This document shows, piece by piece, positions 27,119 through 35,485 of a stretch of DNA of 64,000 nucleotides. The translations under genes and the position numbers were made by a program. Under the pieces are notes generated by a model. It was given only the letters and a program-made list of their open reading frames with translations. It searched no databases and was not told where the DNA came from. The DNA comes from an uncultured virus (IMG/VR IMGVR_UViG_3300043419_001095) (Duplodnaviria; Heunggongvirae; Uroviricota; Caudoviricetes), in the IMG/VR virus record IMGVR_UViG_3300043419_001095; one strand, written 5' to 3'. The stretch's first letter is position 1, and the number at the start of each line of letters is the position of its first letter.

Positions 27119-27534
27119 CTGGCCACTAAATAATTCCGCAGCTCAGCCCAGCTGATCGCTGTCCAGGGCCATCTGGCCATCGCGGGCGTGTCGATGCCCA
27201 GGTTGACCAGATCAATGGCCTGCTCGCCTGCATACAGCAGCAGCTCGGACTTTTTGGCGTGAGCGGTCCCAGTCGGTTGATATTGCACCAGGATGTAGGT
27301 CGGACATCTCAGGTCGGCATGCTTGATGTGGAAGGCCACCTGGTGCGGCGACAGGTTGACTTTGCGGCCACGCTTGACCACCTTGAGCTCGACCATGACA
27401 AAGTCGCCGTGCGGGAATGCCAGCAGGCAATCCGGTATGCCCAGGTTGACCCTGGACTCAATTCGGGTGAAATGGCAGTTTGGGAGGTTTTCTTTCAGTC
27501 GCTTGTACAGGTTCGCTTCTGGTTTCGCTGCCAT
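27115..27534 (-). CDS. VRR-NUC/Holliday-junction-resolvase-like nuclease
   Basis: E...RIE...GIPD...VELK...LSPHQVAF, a PD-(D/E)xK signature. Confidence 0.85.
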   Translation of the reverse strand: MAAKPEANLYKRLKENLPNCHFTRIESRVNLGIPDCLLAFPHGDFVMVELKVVKRGRKVNLSPHQVAFHIKHADLRCPTYILVQYQPTGTAHAKKSELLLYAGEQAIDLVNLGIDTPAMARWPWTAISWAELRNYLVAS

Positions 27535-28132
27535 CGCCTTCTTCCTCGTCTGGTTCTTCTTCGATCTGCTTGGGCGTCACATCCACAATGGGCCCAGCCG
27601 AGCCGCCACCGTACAAGCGCTTGATCTCTTCGAGCTTGCGCTGCACCTCTTCCTTGCTCATGCTGTCAATGGTGCCGTGTCGGATTTCTTTGCGGTCGAT
27701 GTAAATCGTGCCCAGGGCTTGGCCACGCCGGTACTCAGCCTGGACGGCTGCACCGTATGCACCGGCCTGCAATGCCTGGTCGCGAATGACCTGTAGGTCT
27801 CGCATGTGCCGCTCAAAGGTCGTGCCGTACTTCTCGCCCAACTCGCGGCGGCGCTCCTGGATGGCAGCGACGATATGCGGGCAAATTTCCGGATCGGTCA
27901 GCTCGCGTGCCCGGTTCTTCGCCCATGCTTCGCTGTACCCGGCACGCAAAGCAGCTTCCTTCAAGGTGACGTGGCCATCACCCGCGCAAAACTCTTCGAC
28001 GAATTTCCATTCCTGAGGCGTCAGCAGTTTGGGCTTATGGGGCTTGACCGGTGCGGTCACACGGGCTTCGACAACAGCAGGCCTTCCACCCAGGCTTTTT
28101 CCGGCCAAGAACTTCTCGTCTTTGCCGGCCAT
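27458..28132 (-). CDS. terS: terminase small subunit
   Basis: LTPQEWKFVEEF...EAALRAGYS...ARELT...IVAAIQERRRE HTH signature; AAVQAEYRRGQALG; start placed at MAGKDEK. Confidence 0.75.
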   Translation of the reverse strand: MAGKDEKFLAGKSLGGRPAVVEARVTAPVKPHKPKLLTPQEWKFVEEFCAGDGHVTLKEAALRAGYSEAWAKNRARELTDPEICPHIVAAIQERRRELGEKYGTTFERHMRDLQVIRDQALQAGAYGAAVQAEYRRGQALGTIYIDRKEIRHGTIDSMSKEEVQRKLEEIKRLYGGGSAGPIVDVTPKQIEEEPDEEEGDGSETRSEPVQATERKPPKLPFHPN

Positions 28133-28350
28133 CAGGCAACCCTCCACAGCCGCCAGCCTTCGCCGTACCGGCGGCAAGTAAACCTGGTGCCAGGATGCCT
28201 GCGCGAATACATGTAGGCGGCACTGCGGAGGTTCTTGATCCAGTCTTTGTCCAGGATCATGAAACTGTCGCCAACGGCCATGTCGGGGAATGGGTAGCGC
28301 TCGCGGGGATCGACGCCACCAGGCAGGGGGATGTTCTTTTCGATGTTCAT
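28132..28350 (-). CDS. small conserved phage protein
   Basis: MNIEKNIPLP...RYPFPDMAVGDSF...GWRLWRV. Confidence 0.75.
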   Translation of the reverse strand: MNIEKNIPLPGGVDPRERYPFPDMAVGDSFMILDKDWIKNLRSAAYMYSRRHPGTRFTCRRYGEGWRLWRVA

Positions 28351-28401
28351 GCCCACATTGTGCAACAAATCCACATCCAACGCAACCAAGGCCCCTCCAG
28401 G

Positions 28402-28643
28402 GTCAAATTCAGGGGTTTATATAGACTTTTTTAGACCAATGTATGTTTTTATTTTTTCAAAAAGTCAACCCGCGCGCATTTTATGTGAATTACATCTCTT
28501 GACTATGTGTAATTAACCGTGTTCTCATAACCTATTGATTTCATTGAACTATTACACCATTACATCTATTACACCAAATCTCAAAAAAAAAAAATAAAAA
28601 ACATGATGAGTCAAAAAAAGTCTATACAAACCCCAAATTTGAC
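28402..28643. other. AT-rich element bounded by long imperfect inverted repeats (putative replication origin)
   Basis: Arms GTCAAATTCAGGGGTTTATATAGACTTTTTT... and ...AAAAAAAGTCTATACAAACCCCAAATTTGAC; core with ATTACAYC four times. Confidence 0.6.
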
Positions 28644-28729
28644 GCGTGGCCCGTGATCCGTGCCCCTTTCACCTGTATAAACCCACAGTCCACCTAGGGT
28701 AAACCCCTACAACAATGCCCCTTGACACA

Positions 28730-28758
28730 TTGACAGTTGACATGTTATAGGGTATAAT
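28730..28758 (+). promoter_or_regulatory. perfect consensus sigma70 promoter
   Basis: TTGACA-17 bp-TATAAT; further TTGACA copies at 28722, 28737 and 28779. Confidence 0.9.
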
Positions 28759-28816
28759 GTAGGTGTCAGCTAGAAAAGTTGACATCTGTTCTTTAACATT
28801 TAGAAAGTGAGAAAGT

Positions 28817-29065
28817 ATGAACACACATAATCGTGTCTGGATCGAGCTCGACCCACCCCAGCCCGGCCATCCCGAACAGGGTCATGTCCGAGCGGAGGCA
28901 GCCACCCGGATGCTGAACAAGCTCGGCGTGACCCGTGGTGAGTACTCCGTGGTCTGGTTTGATGAAAGCAAGGGGCTCTATGCCTTTTGCCAGGACTCGG
29001 CTGGCACCTTCACATGGTCCGAGGACCATGGCCAGTGGTTCAATCTAGACAAGCTCGCTGCTTGA
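28817..29065 (+). CDS. hypothetical protein in its own transcription unit
   Basis: 82 aa with consensus promoter, AGAAAGTGAGAAAG leader and downstream terminator. Confidence 0.85.
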   Translation: MNTHNRVWIELDPPQPGHPEQGHVRAEAATRMLNKLGVTRGEYSVVWFDESKGLYAFCQDSAGTFTWSEDHGQWFNLDKLAA

Positions 29066-29069
29066 CCTC

Positions 29070-29106
29070 AAACCCCGCCAGCTCAACCCTGGCGGGGTTT
29101 TTTATT
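29070..29106 (+). terminator. intrinsic terminator between convergent genes
   Basis: AAACCCCGCCAG-CTCAACC-CTGGCGGGGTTT-TTTATT. Confidence 0.9.
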
Positions 29107-29341
29107 GCAAGCTCATCCCCAGCGCTTCCTTGTGTTCCCCGGCCAGCATCTTTGCAGCCACTTCCAGAGGCAGCAGATCGCCAAACTCAATCTCCGTGAC
29201 CTCTCCGAACTCTTTTGCCCGTGGGTCTTGGATCACGGGCCCGATGAGGGCGTACTTGACGCCACCGGCGGTGATGATCACGACCTGGACCATGGGCCGT
29301 GATCCGAGGACCTCGAGGATTTCTTTGAGGGCGTTGGTCAT
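29102..29341 (-). CDS. hypothetical protein
   Basis: 79 aa, coupled to the upstream ORF. Confidence 0.65.
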   Translation of the reverse strand: MTNALKEILEVLGSRPMVQVVIITAGGVKYALIGPVIQDPRAKEFGEVTEIEFGDLLPLEVAAKMLAGEHKEALGMSLQ

Positions 29342-29586
29342 CTAGGCACCTGCACCCATCCGACGCCTGGACCTCCGTCCATGATGCCCAGGTCCAGGCA
29401 GAGTTTCTCGATGTCTGTCTCGAGCTTCTTGTTTTTTCTTTGCAGCTGGTGGACTTGGGTGGCCAGGTGTTCCATTCCATCGTTTTGGACCTCGATTCTT
29501 CGGCGCAGGCCGTTGATGTACTCTTTGGTCTCGACGCAGTCGATGGGGCGGGGTGGGTTTTCTGTTGAAAAGGTAGCGGGTCTCAT
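29338..29586 (-). CDS. small coiled-coil protein
   Basis: Start MRPATFSTENPP with AAGGA RBS. Confidence 0.65.
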   Translation of the reverse strand: MRPATFSTENPPRPIDCVETKEYINGLRRRIEVQNDGMEHLATQVHQLQRKNKKLETDIEKLCLDLGIMDGGPGVGWVQVPR

Positions 29587-29699
29587 TGTGGTTCCTTCAG
29601 TGTTGTCCATGCGGTTTGGTTGCACTTGGCGCATTGGTAATGATAGTGGTTGCGACCTGTTGTTGGGGTCAGTAGCCAGCGGTGTTTGCATTCAGTCAT
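29583..29699 (-). CDS. 38-aa zinc-finger-like miniprotein (not in ORF track)
   Basis: MTECKHRWLLTPTTGRNHYHYQCAKCNQTAWTTLKEPQ; ATGA overlaps on both sides. Confidence 0.65.
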   Translation of the reverse strand: MTECKHRWLLTPTTGRNHYHYQCAKCNQTAWTTLKEPQ

Positions 29700-29920
29700 G
29701 TGTTATTCCTTGCTCGGATGGCGGCGGCAAATGCCAAGTTTGATGGGATATGCCCCATGTCCTTCCAAGGCAACTCGTAGCACACCTTTGCGCACGCCTC
29801 ACGCTCATCAGCACGGACAAGGGCTTCAAAGGCTTTTAACTTTTCAAGGTAGATTGGCTCACCAGTTACAAAGTCATAGGGCATCTTGACTTCACGGGCC
29901 ATGTCTATCGTGTCTCTCAT
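29696..29920 (-). CDS. hypothetical protein (EREACAKVC...AAAIRAR family)
   Basis: Motif common in small phage accessory proteins; ATGA overlaps. Confidence 0.7.
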   Translation of the reverse strand: MRDTIDMAREVKMPYDFVTGEPIYLEKLKAFEALVRADEREACAKVCYELPWKDMGHIPSNLAFAAAIRARNNT

Positions 29921-30129
29921 GTGTTCTTCTCCTTGAGTTTAGTTTTCGGCTCATGCGTGCAGGCTTCTTCATAATCCAACACATCCTGAATGCGATAACG
30001 GATCAGACCGCCCAACTTGAGGTATCGACAGCCCTGCTTAAGTGATCTGTCGCGCTCCAGTGTGGCCTCGCTGATCTTCCAGCGGAACGCAAGCTCTTCC
30101 TGCGTCATAAGTTGCTCTTGTGTTGTCAT
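29917..30129 (-). CDS. AlpA/Xis-like helix-turn-helix protein
   Basis: LMTQEELAFRWKISEATLERDR...G..YLKLGGLIRYR..DV. Confidence 0.8.
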   Translation of the reverse strand: MTTQEQLMTQEELAFRWKISEATLERDRSLKQGCRYLKLGGLIRYRIQDVLDYEEACTHEPKTKLKEKNT

Positions 30130-31364
30130 TGCGGCTCCTTGTGAACAACCACAGACGCACCTGTCTCTGGGTCTGTGTAGCTGGTTTCTGGTTCACACCA
30201 ACAAGGAGAGCCGTCTATCACGTGCTGTCGATGCAAACCGTTCTTCTCCTTGAGTTTGGCTTCGACCTTCTGCATTGCCTCGATCTTCCCGGATGAAGTG
30301 CTACGACATCCAAGCTCAATGTCCTCAAACTCCTCATCCGTCAGCCCAACCCATTGCCGCTGTGCTGCGGTTGGCTGCAATTCAATTTGCTCAGAATGCA
30401 AAAGCTCTGCAACGTCATCAGGGCGGCGTCGCAATACGGAAACAGACAAAACGCCATCGGCAAAATCAACACCGCAAAAAATTTCGCTTTGTTTTGGCTC
30501 CTGCACAGGTGCTGGCTGTGCTGCGGGTGGAATGGTGTAGAGCTTTGTGCCCACAGGGAAATTCACCCAATGCTCAGCCCAATCCAGCAGCGGGCCATAT
30601 TCATCGACGCCTTTAATTTTCGCGGCAGGCTCTGAGATAACAGGCTCTCCCATAAATGTCGGCGTTTCCGTGGCCTCCCGAAGTGCGTGGTTCAATTGGC
30701 GCACGGTTTCCTCTAGCTCCGCGATTCGCGCCACAGGCTCCTGCTCAGGTGCTGGCTGTGCGGGTGGGGTGGTGTAGAGGGGTATTTTGTTCAAGACTGC
30801 GACAGTTGGCGTGTTCCACAGCACAGGGCCGTTCCATTCAAAAGTGCGCTTTTCTGCGTTTATCCACGCCACAGGCTCCTGCACAGGTGCTGCGGGTTGA
30901 ACTGTCAAGGATTCCTTTACAGTTGCTGCGGGTTGAACAAGACCACACACCATGTTGTCAATCTGAGAAATTACCCCGGCGGTTGTGTCGCATGGCTCCC
31001 AAACGACACGCCCGGAAGCGTAGTGCTCTTCACGGGCAAAGTGCTTTTTAAAAAGCCATGTTGCAAGACTCACAGCTTCTCGATACGCAAGTTCATCCTG
31101 CACAGGCTGGTAAAAGTCCACAAGCGGGATCGGTTTAGCCATCAGCTTCTCACCATCCCACCAGACCTTTGACACCTGAGTGCCATCAGCAGGCTCATAG
31201 TCCAGCCCCAACTCTCTGGCGTTCTCTGCCTTCTTGTCGAGGGCACGGGCTTGCTTGATGGCGGTGATGGCATCAAGGCAGTAGCCTTTCACCATGTGCG
31301 GATATTGCTTGCCGTGCAACTCCAACGCCTCCAGCGCCAAGTCCAATGCTTCGTCTTTGGTCAT
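30126..31364 (-). CDS. mosaic accessory protein with QPAPVQEP linkers
   Basis: 412 aa; QP(A)AP(V/E)QEP three times; RQWVGLTDEE; EAKLKEKN. Confidence 0.75.
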   Translation of the reverse strand: MTKDEALDLALEALELHGKQYPHMVKGYCLDAITAIKQARALDKKAENARELGLDYEPADGTQVSKVWWDGEKLMAKPIPLVDFYQPVQDELAYREAVSLATWLFKKHFAREEHYASGRVVWEPCDTTAGVISQIDNMVCGLVQPAATVKESLTVQPAAPVQEPVAWINAEKRTFEWNGPVLWNTPTVAVLNKIPLYTTPPAQPAPEQEPVARIAELEETVRQLNHALREATETPTFMGEPVISEPAAKIKGVDEYGPLLDWAEHWVNFPVGTKLYTIPPAAQPAPVQEPKQSEIFCGVDFADGVLSVSVLRRRPDDVAELLHSEQIELQPTAAQRQWVGLTDEEFEDIELGCRSTSSGKIEAMQKVEAKLKEKNGLHRQHVIDGSPCWCEPETSYTDPETGASVVVHKEPQ

Positions 31365-31684
31365 CAGAACCTCCCCCTGTAGAACTTGCCGATGACCTCG
31401 GCCAGCTCGTCGATGTGAAAGTCCCCGCCTTCGCCACTGGCCGCTTCAATCCAGATCATCCCCGGTCCAAGGCCCGGGGTGAGGACATAGCCGCCCAGGT
31501 TAATTTCAAAGCGCTCTCGCCCGTCCTTGAACCCCTGGTCGTAGGCCACCTTGGCCTTGCAGGCATCTTCGATGGTCATGAGGGTGTACTTCTGGCATTC
31601 TTCCCAGACGTACTTGGCGTTTTGTTCGCCAATGACTTTCTGTTCTGCTTTGGTCAATTGGGACCACCATTCTGTGAAGGTCAT
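31364..31684 (-). CDS. hypothetical protein
   Basis: Start MTFTEWW at an ATGA overlap. Confidence 0.65.
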   Translation of the reverse strand: MTFTEWWSQLTKAEQKVIGEQNAKYVWEECQKYTLMTIEDACKAKVAYDQGFKDGRERFEINLGGYVLTPGLGPGMIWIEAASGEGGDFHIDELAEVIGKFYRGRF

Positions 31685-32097
31685 ACCTTGTGCCCCCTCA
31701 GCCATGCTGCCCAGCTCGCGCAGGTGTCAGCGCCAAATGATTTGTTGAAATCTCGTTGCAGCATGACAGCGGCCAACTCCAGTGAGCTGTTCCAGCCCTT
31801 GGCATAGGCGGCGTCTGCATTCTCAATGGCCTCGCGCTCCAGGCGCTCGTTCCGTGCTCGGAGCAGCTTGTTCTCTTGCTCGAGCTCGTCGATGTCCGGG
31901 GGCCGTGGCACTAGAAACGACTGTGAGAGCACCACCACATCTGGCCTGCCCTTGCGGTGGCGCATGACGACGATGTGGCCTTCAGTGCTGGTGTAGTCCA
32001 GGCCCAGGCTGTATTCAATTTCATTGAGCTTCTCGGTCAACGATTCAGTGAGGTACTGCTCCAGGCGCGCAGGGTCGATCATGGGCTTGTCACTCAT
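31681..32097 (-). CDS. hypothetical protein
   Basis: 138 aa; ELEQENKLLRARNERLE coiled coil. Confidence 0.65.
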   Translation of the reverse strand: MSDKPMIDPARLEQYLTESLTEKLNEIEYSLGLDYTSTEGHIVVMRHRKGRPDVVVLSQSFLVPRPPDIDELEQENKLLRARNERLEREAIENADAAYAKGWNSSLELAAVMLQRDFNKSFGADTCASWAAWLRGHKV

Positions 32098-32323
32098 CCC
32101 CGTTCTCCTCGATGGCCATCAGTCTGTCCAGTTCCGTGACCACAAAGGCCTTGAAATGCTCAGGCTCCATGTCCGCTTGCTGGCCGATCATGGACAGCAA
32201 GATCATTAAGGTGTGCATGGCAACGGGAGGGCCTGCCTCTTCAAGCAGCGGCACCATCTTCTTATACAGCGCGTCCACCCCCAGGTTGTGCATGTTCACA
32301 ATGTAATCGTGATCTTCATTCAT
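32090..32323 (-). CDS. hypothetical acidic protein
   Basis: 77 aa with AGGAG RBS. Confidence 0.65.
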   Translation of the reverse strand: MNEDHDYIVNMHNLGVDALYKKMVPLLEEAGPPVAMHTLMILLSMIGQQADMEPEHFKAFVVTELDRLMAIEENGDE

Positions 32324-32574
32324 GACTTATCTCCTTTAAAAAGTCCCGTGATCCGTGACCAGGCCAGCTTGCGCAGTGACACGTTGGCCAGCTTGGTCTC
32401 CAGGGCCATCACACTGCGGCCCAGCTCGGCGTTGGCAGCGGACATGCGGTCCAGCTCCTCTCTTGCGTTATTGGTGGCAGCCTCCACGCCTTCGGCAAAG
32501 CCCCTGGCGTGCGCGGCTGTGGCCACCTCTTTGAAGGTGCGTCGGCGCGCTCGTTTGGTTTCAGTAGTGGACAT
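32320..32574 (-). CDS. hypothetical protein
   Basis: Start MSTTETKR; coiled-coil C-terminal half. Confidence 0.6.
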   Translation of the reverse strand: MSTTETKRARRRTFKEVATAAHARGFAEGVEAATNNAREELDRMSAANAELGRSVMALETKLANVSLRKLAWSRITGLFKGDKS

Positions 32575-32818
32575 ATCTCTTCTCCATGTGTTCAAAAATT
32601 TCCCGGTTCATCCGATCGTGATCGTTCTCGGTCATCTTGCGCTCAAGCCACGGTGCGGGCCTGCCTCTGCGGTCGAGGATTTCCCATTCCCCTTCACCGC
32701 CCTCTTCTGGGTAGCAAAGCTCTGGCGGCCCTGAGCGCTGCGCGGGGATGTAGACCTCCCAGTACTTCACGCGGATGATGCAGGGGATGCCGCAGACGCG
32801 GGATTCAAACTCGGTCAT
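32561..32818 (-). CDS. conserved small phage protein
   Basis: RVCGIPC...CYPEEGG...ILDRRGRPAPWLERK. Confidence 0.7.
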   Translation of the reverse strand: MTEFESRVCGIPCIIRVKYWEVYIPAQRSGPPELCYPEEGGEGEWEILDRRGRPAPWLERKMTENDHDRMNREIFEHMEKRYVHY

Positions 32819-33486
32819 GTCTTCCCCTTGATTTGATAGTCATGGAACACGGCACCCTTGGCCTTGTCCCCTACTGCGCAGTTCTTCACCCACACCTGCT
32901 TGCCAGACTTGAGCGTGCGCCAATGCCCACGGCGCTCGTGCCAGCGAGGGCTCGCATGCGTGCCGCCTTGGTCCTCGGACCGTGGTCTGCGAGGCTCAAT
33001 CACTACCGTGGTCCAATCGTATGTCGGCACCTTGCCCTGGCGGATTTTTTTCTCCCAGTTAGCACGCTTGGTAGGCATGTAGCCAGTGGCGGGCTGCGTG
33101 TCTAGGGACTCCAGGAACCTGGCGATAAAGGCCAGTACCCCTGTTGCAGAGCCGGTACGATAATTAAGAATCGAGCCGTTCAGGTTCCGACACAAAACCC
33201 CTTCCTCCTCTACAACATAGGTGAAAGGCGTGGTGGGCTTGTAGGATTTTTTGTCCAGCTGCCAACCAACCACTGCGGTAACATTCCCCACGCGGTTGGT
33301 CAGCAAGAGCACTTTTTTGTCCTCGTAGGCGCACACCAGCGCTGTGAATGGAAAAGGCAGCGGCTTCTCCAGGATGTCGCCATCGATGATCTGCTCCGGC
33401 TTGTATACCGATGTCATGTCGAACCATTGGTAGTTGAGGGCTTCTTCAGGCTCAAGGCCCACCATCTCTTGAATCAACGGGCTCAC
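32815..33486 (-). CDS. conserved phage protein with HxRRGHWR motif
   Basis: GTG start at a GTGA overlap; GGTHASPRWHERRGHWR...VWVK...VGD. Confidence 0.7.
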   Translation of the reverse strand: MSPLIQEMVGLEPEEALNYQWFDMTSVYKPEQIIDGDILEKPLPFPFTALVCAYEDKKVLLLTNRVGNVTAVVGWQLDKKSYKPTTPFTYVVEEEGVLCRNLNGSILNYRTGSATGVLAFIARFLESLDTQPATGYMPTKRANWEKKIRQGKVPTYDWTTVVIEPRRPRSEDQGGTHASPRWHERRGHWRTLKSGKQVWVKNCAVGDKAKGAVFHDYQIKGKT

Positions 33487-33704
33487 AGCACCACCCCCTT
33501 GGCGTCTTGTACAAACAGGCGCATGCGCTCCAGGATGGCGTCGTGCTGCTTGAGCTTGAACAGCCTGTACAGCTCCTCGACAAGCGGCTCGCCGACAGTG
33601 ATGCCGCGCTCCTTGCACAGCTCGCGCAAGTCATCGTCCGTCAGGTCATCGGTGCTGATGTCCACGTCCACTTCGACAGTGGTTGAAAGAAGATGTCTGT
33701 TCAT
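33483..33704 (-). CDS. small acidic protein
   Basis: VEVDVDISTDDLTDDDLRELCKERG. Confidence 0.65.
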   Translation of the reverse strand: MNRHLLSTTVEVDVDISTDDLTDDDLRELCKERGITVGEPLVEELYRLFKLKQHDAILERMRLFVQDAKGVVL

Positions 33705-34021
33705 AGTGGCATGTCCCCGTGCCATGGTTCGTCAGCCATGCGCTTGAGGTTGAAGATAAATCTGTACTGCGGGTGCACCTTGACGAACAGGCGCGCGTAG
33801 AACGCAATGTGGTTGTTGCAGATTTTGAAGTCGCTGCCGGTGGTGGTGATCATCACCTCCCAGCGGATGCGGTTGATGATGAGCCAGTGGCTGATCTTCC
33901 TGTGGCCGGCGTTGATGGCCTGCAGCGTGAAGCGCTCAAAGTATTCCCACACGGCCGGGTTGGCCGCGTTGAATTTGTTGAACTCCCGCTGGCGCAGGTG
34001 GAATGGGGTGTTCATGCTCAC
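33701..34021 (-). CDS. conserved phage protein
   Basis: NPAVWEYFERF...IINRIRWE...FKICNNHIAFYARLF. Confidence 0.75.
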   Translation of the reverse strand: MSMNTPFHLRQREFNKFNAANPAVWEYFERFTLQAINAGHRKISHWLIINRIRWEVMITTTGSDFKICNNHIAFYARLFVKVHPQYRFIFNLKRMADEPWHGDMPL

Positions 34022-34119
34022 AGCGGTGCCTCCTCTGCGTCAGATGGATACTGTGGCCCGCTCGGGGCCCGTGGTCCGTGATACGGGGGCAGTGGAAAGG
34101 GAGGGAATGGCCAGGTCAT
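34018..34119 (-). CDS. 33-aa Pro-rich peptide
   Basis: MTWPFPPFPLPP...EEAPL; GGAGGT-like RBS and ATGA overlaps. Confidence 0.55.
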   Translation of the reverse strand: MTWPFPPFPLPPYHGPRAPSGPQYPSDAEEAPL

Positions 34120-34316
34120 GCTGCCACCTCTTCCTTGGCCAGGATGGACTGCAGGCCTGCCAGCATCTGCCGGGCTTCCTTGCGTGTCAGAGGTGTGTGG
34201 ATGCTTGCGCGATCGTTGCGCACAGAAAACCAAATGCCGCCGTTGTCCCACTCGTCAATGTAAATGCGGAAATCTGTCTCTGTGTACACAGTGACCGTGA
34301 TGTCTTTGTCGCTCAT
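34116..34316 (-). CDS. hypothetical protein
   Basis: 66 aa behind the AGAAAGAGAGAAAG leader. Confidence 0.7.
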   Translation of the reverse strand: MSDKDITVTVYTETDFRIYIDEWDNGGIWFSVRNDRASIHTPLTRKEARQMLAGLQSILAKEEVAA

Positions 34317-34347
34317 AGCTTTCTCTCTTTCTGTGGTTGGAGATTAA

Positions 34348-34377
34348 ATTATACGTGTACCGTACCAATTCTGTCTA
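34348..34377 (-). promoter_or_regulatory. sigma70-type promoter
   Basis: TAGACA-18 bp-TATAAT. Confidence 0.7.
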
Positions 34378-34391
34378 GTACTTTCCCTAGG

Positions 34392-34739
34392 TCACTTGAA
34401 GCCCACCATGATGGACTCAGGCCGCAGGACGTTGACGCCCTTGGGACGCCACAAGTGGAGACAGTAGGGGTGATTGTTGACGTGGTCCTTCTCGGGCACG
34501 TGGAACTGCATGACGACGTCCTCGTCGTCCCAGAACATGTCCTTGACCTGGCACATCTCGCTCCAAGTCGGGCAGCGGTCCTTGCGGCTGACGCTCACGT
34601 GCTCCCAGCCTGCGCCGTCACTTGCGATGACGAACACGGTCTGGGACTGCTTGAGCTTGACCACAAAGGCCCCGTTGGTGGCGTCGCCCTCTGGATAACC
34701 AGAGAGCTTGACGCGGCATTTCTCAGGCACGTGGAACAT
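34392..34739 (-). CDS. conserved phage protein (DUF7694-like)
   Basis: GWEHVSVS...RCPTWSEMCQVKDMFW...HVNNHPYCLHLWRP. Confidence 0.8.
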   Translation of the reverse strand: MFHVPEKCRVKLSGYPEGDATNGAFVVKLKQSQTVFVIASDGAGWEHVSVSRKDRCPTWSEMCQVKDMFWDDEDVVMQFHVPEKDHVNNHPYCLHLWRPKGVNVLRPESIMVGFK

Positions 34740-34906
34740 CAGAACACTCCGAACCAGATGCCTGTGCCGTGCACGCAGCCGATGGGGAAGAAAATGGCTC
34801 CCGCGATGAGGAACCCCCACTTGGCAGCAGTCAGGCAGGTGATGACGTGGGTGAGCCACGCAGCCGCCACCCAGCCAACAACAAAAATAGGGAGTAAATC
34901 GCTCAT
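34739..34906 (-). CDS. 55-aa membrane protein (not in ORF track)
   Basis: MSDLLPIFVVGWVAAAWLTHVITCLTAAKWGFLIAGAIFFPIGCVHGTGIWFGVF. Confidence 0.7.
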   Translation of the reverse strand: MSDLLPIFVVGWVAAAWLTHVITCLTAAKWGFLIAGAIFFPIGCVHGTGIWFGVF

Positions 34907-35478
34907 CGCACATTTCCCTGTAGGCGGTCAGCCACCAGCTTGGCGTAGCCGGCGATGTCCGTCCAGCTGTCCACCTTGTCGGGGTTTCCGTTGACGATAC
35001 GGGCCATCTTGTGGACGATCATCTCCAGCGCTTCCCACTGGTCATCGGCGAACGTCTTGTTGTGCGCACGCGCGTGGTCCGCGAGCAGTCGTTTGATGCC
35101 CTGCATCAGCGCAGCGCCGTCCCTGAACTTGCCGTAGTCCTGGGCCCGCTCGTCAAGGGTCTCGTCAATGCCGGTCTCTGGCTCGCGCTCGTCTTCGTAC
35201 TTCAAGAAGCCGCCCTCGATGCCTCCTTTGACAAAGTCCTGGGCGCTCAAGCCCAGCTTGGCTGCAATGGCCAACTGCCCGGAAGAGACAATGACCTTGC
35301 GCCCTGTGGCGGGTTCGGACACTGGCACCACTTCAGGGGCCTGGTGCATGCTGCTCAGCACCTGGTTGCGCAGCTTGTATGTCATGCCAGTCGATGCGTC
35401 GAACTTCTTGACCACATCGGCCACTACAGCATTGGGGTGCTTGCGGAAATACTCTCTGATTTTGTCTGACTTGGTCAT
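34903..35478 (-). CDS. DUF6378-like domain protein
   Basis: TLDERAQDYG...EALEMIVHKMARIVNG...DSWTDIAGYAKL. Confidence 0.75.
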   Translation of the reverse strand: MTKSDKIREYFRKHPNAVVADVVKKFDASTGMTYKLRNQVLSSMHQAPEVVPVSEPATGRKVIVSSGQLAIAAKLGLSAQDFVKGGIEGGFLKYEDEREPETGIDETLDERAQDYGKFRDGAALMQGIKRLLADHARAHNKTFADDQWEALEMIVHKMARIVNGNPDKVDSWTDIAGYAKLVADRLQGNVR

Positions 35479-35485
35479 AGGCACC

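Noticed and set aside
29917..30129. Xis-like HTH as evidence of a prophage
   Set aside because: No integrase, att-like context or host genes in the window.
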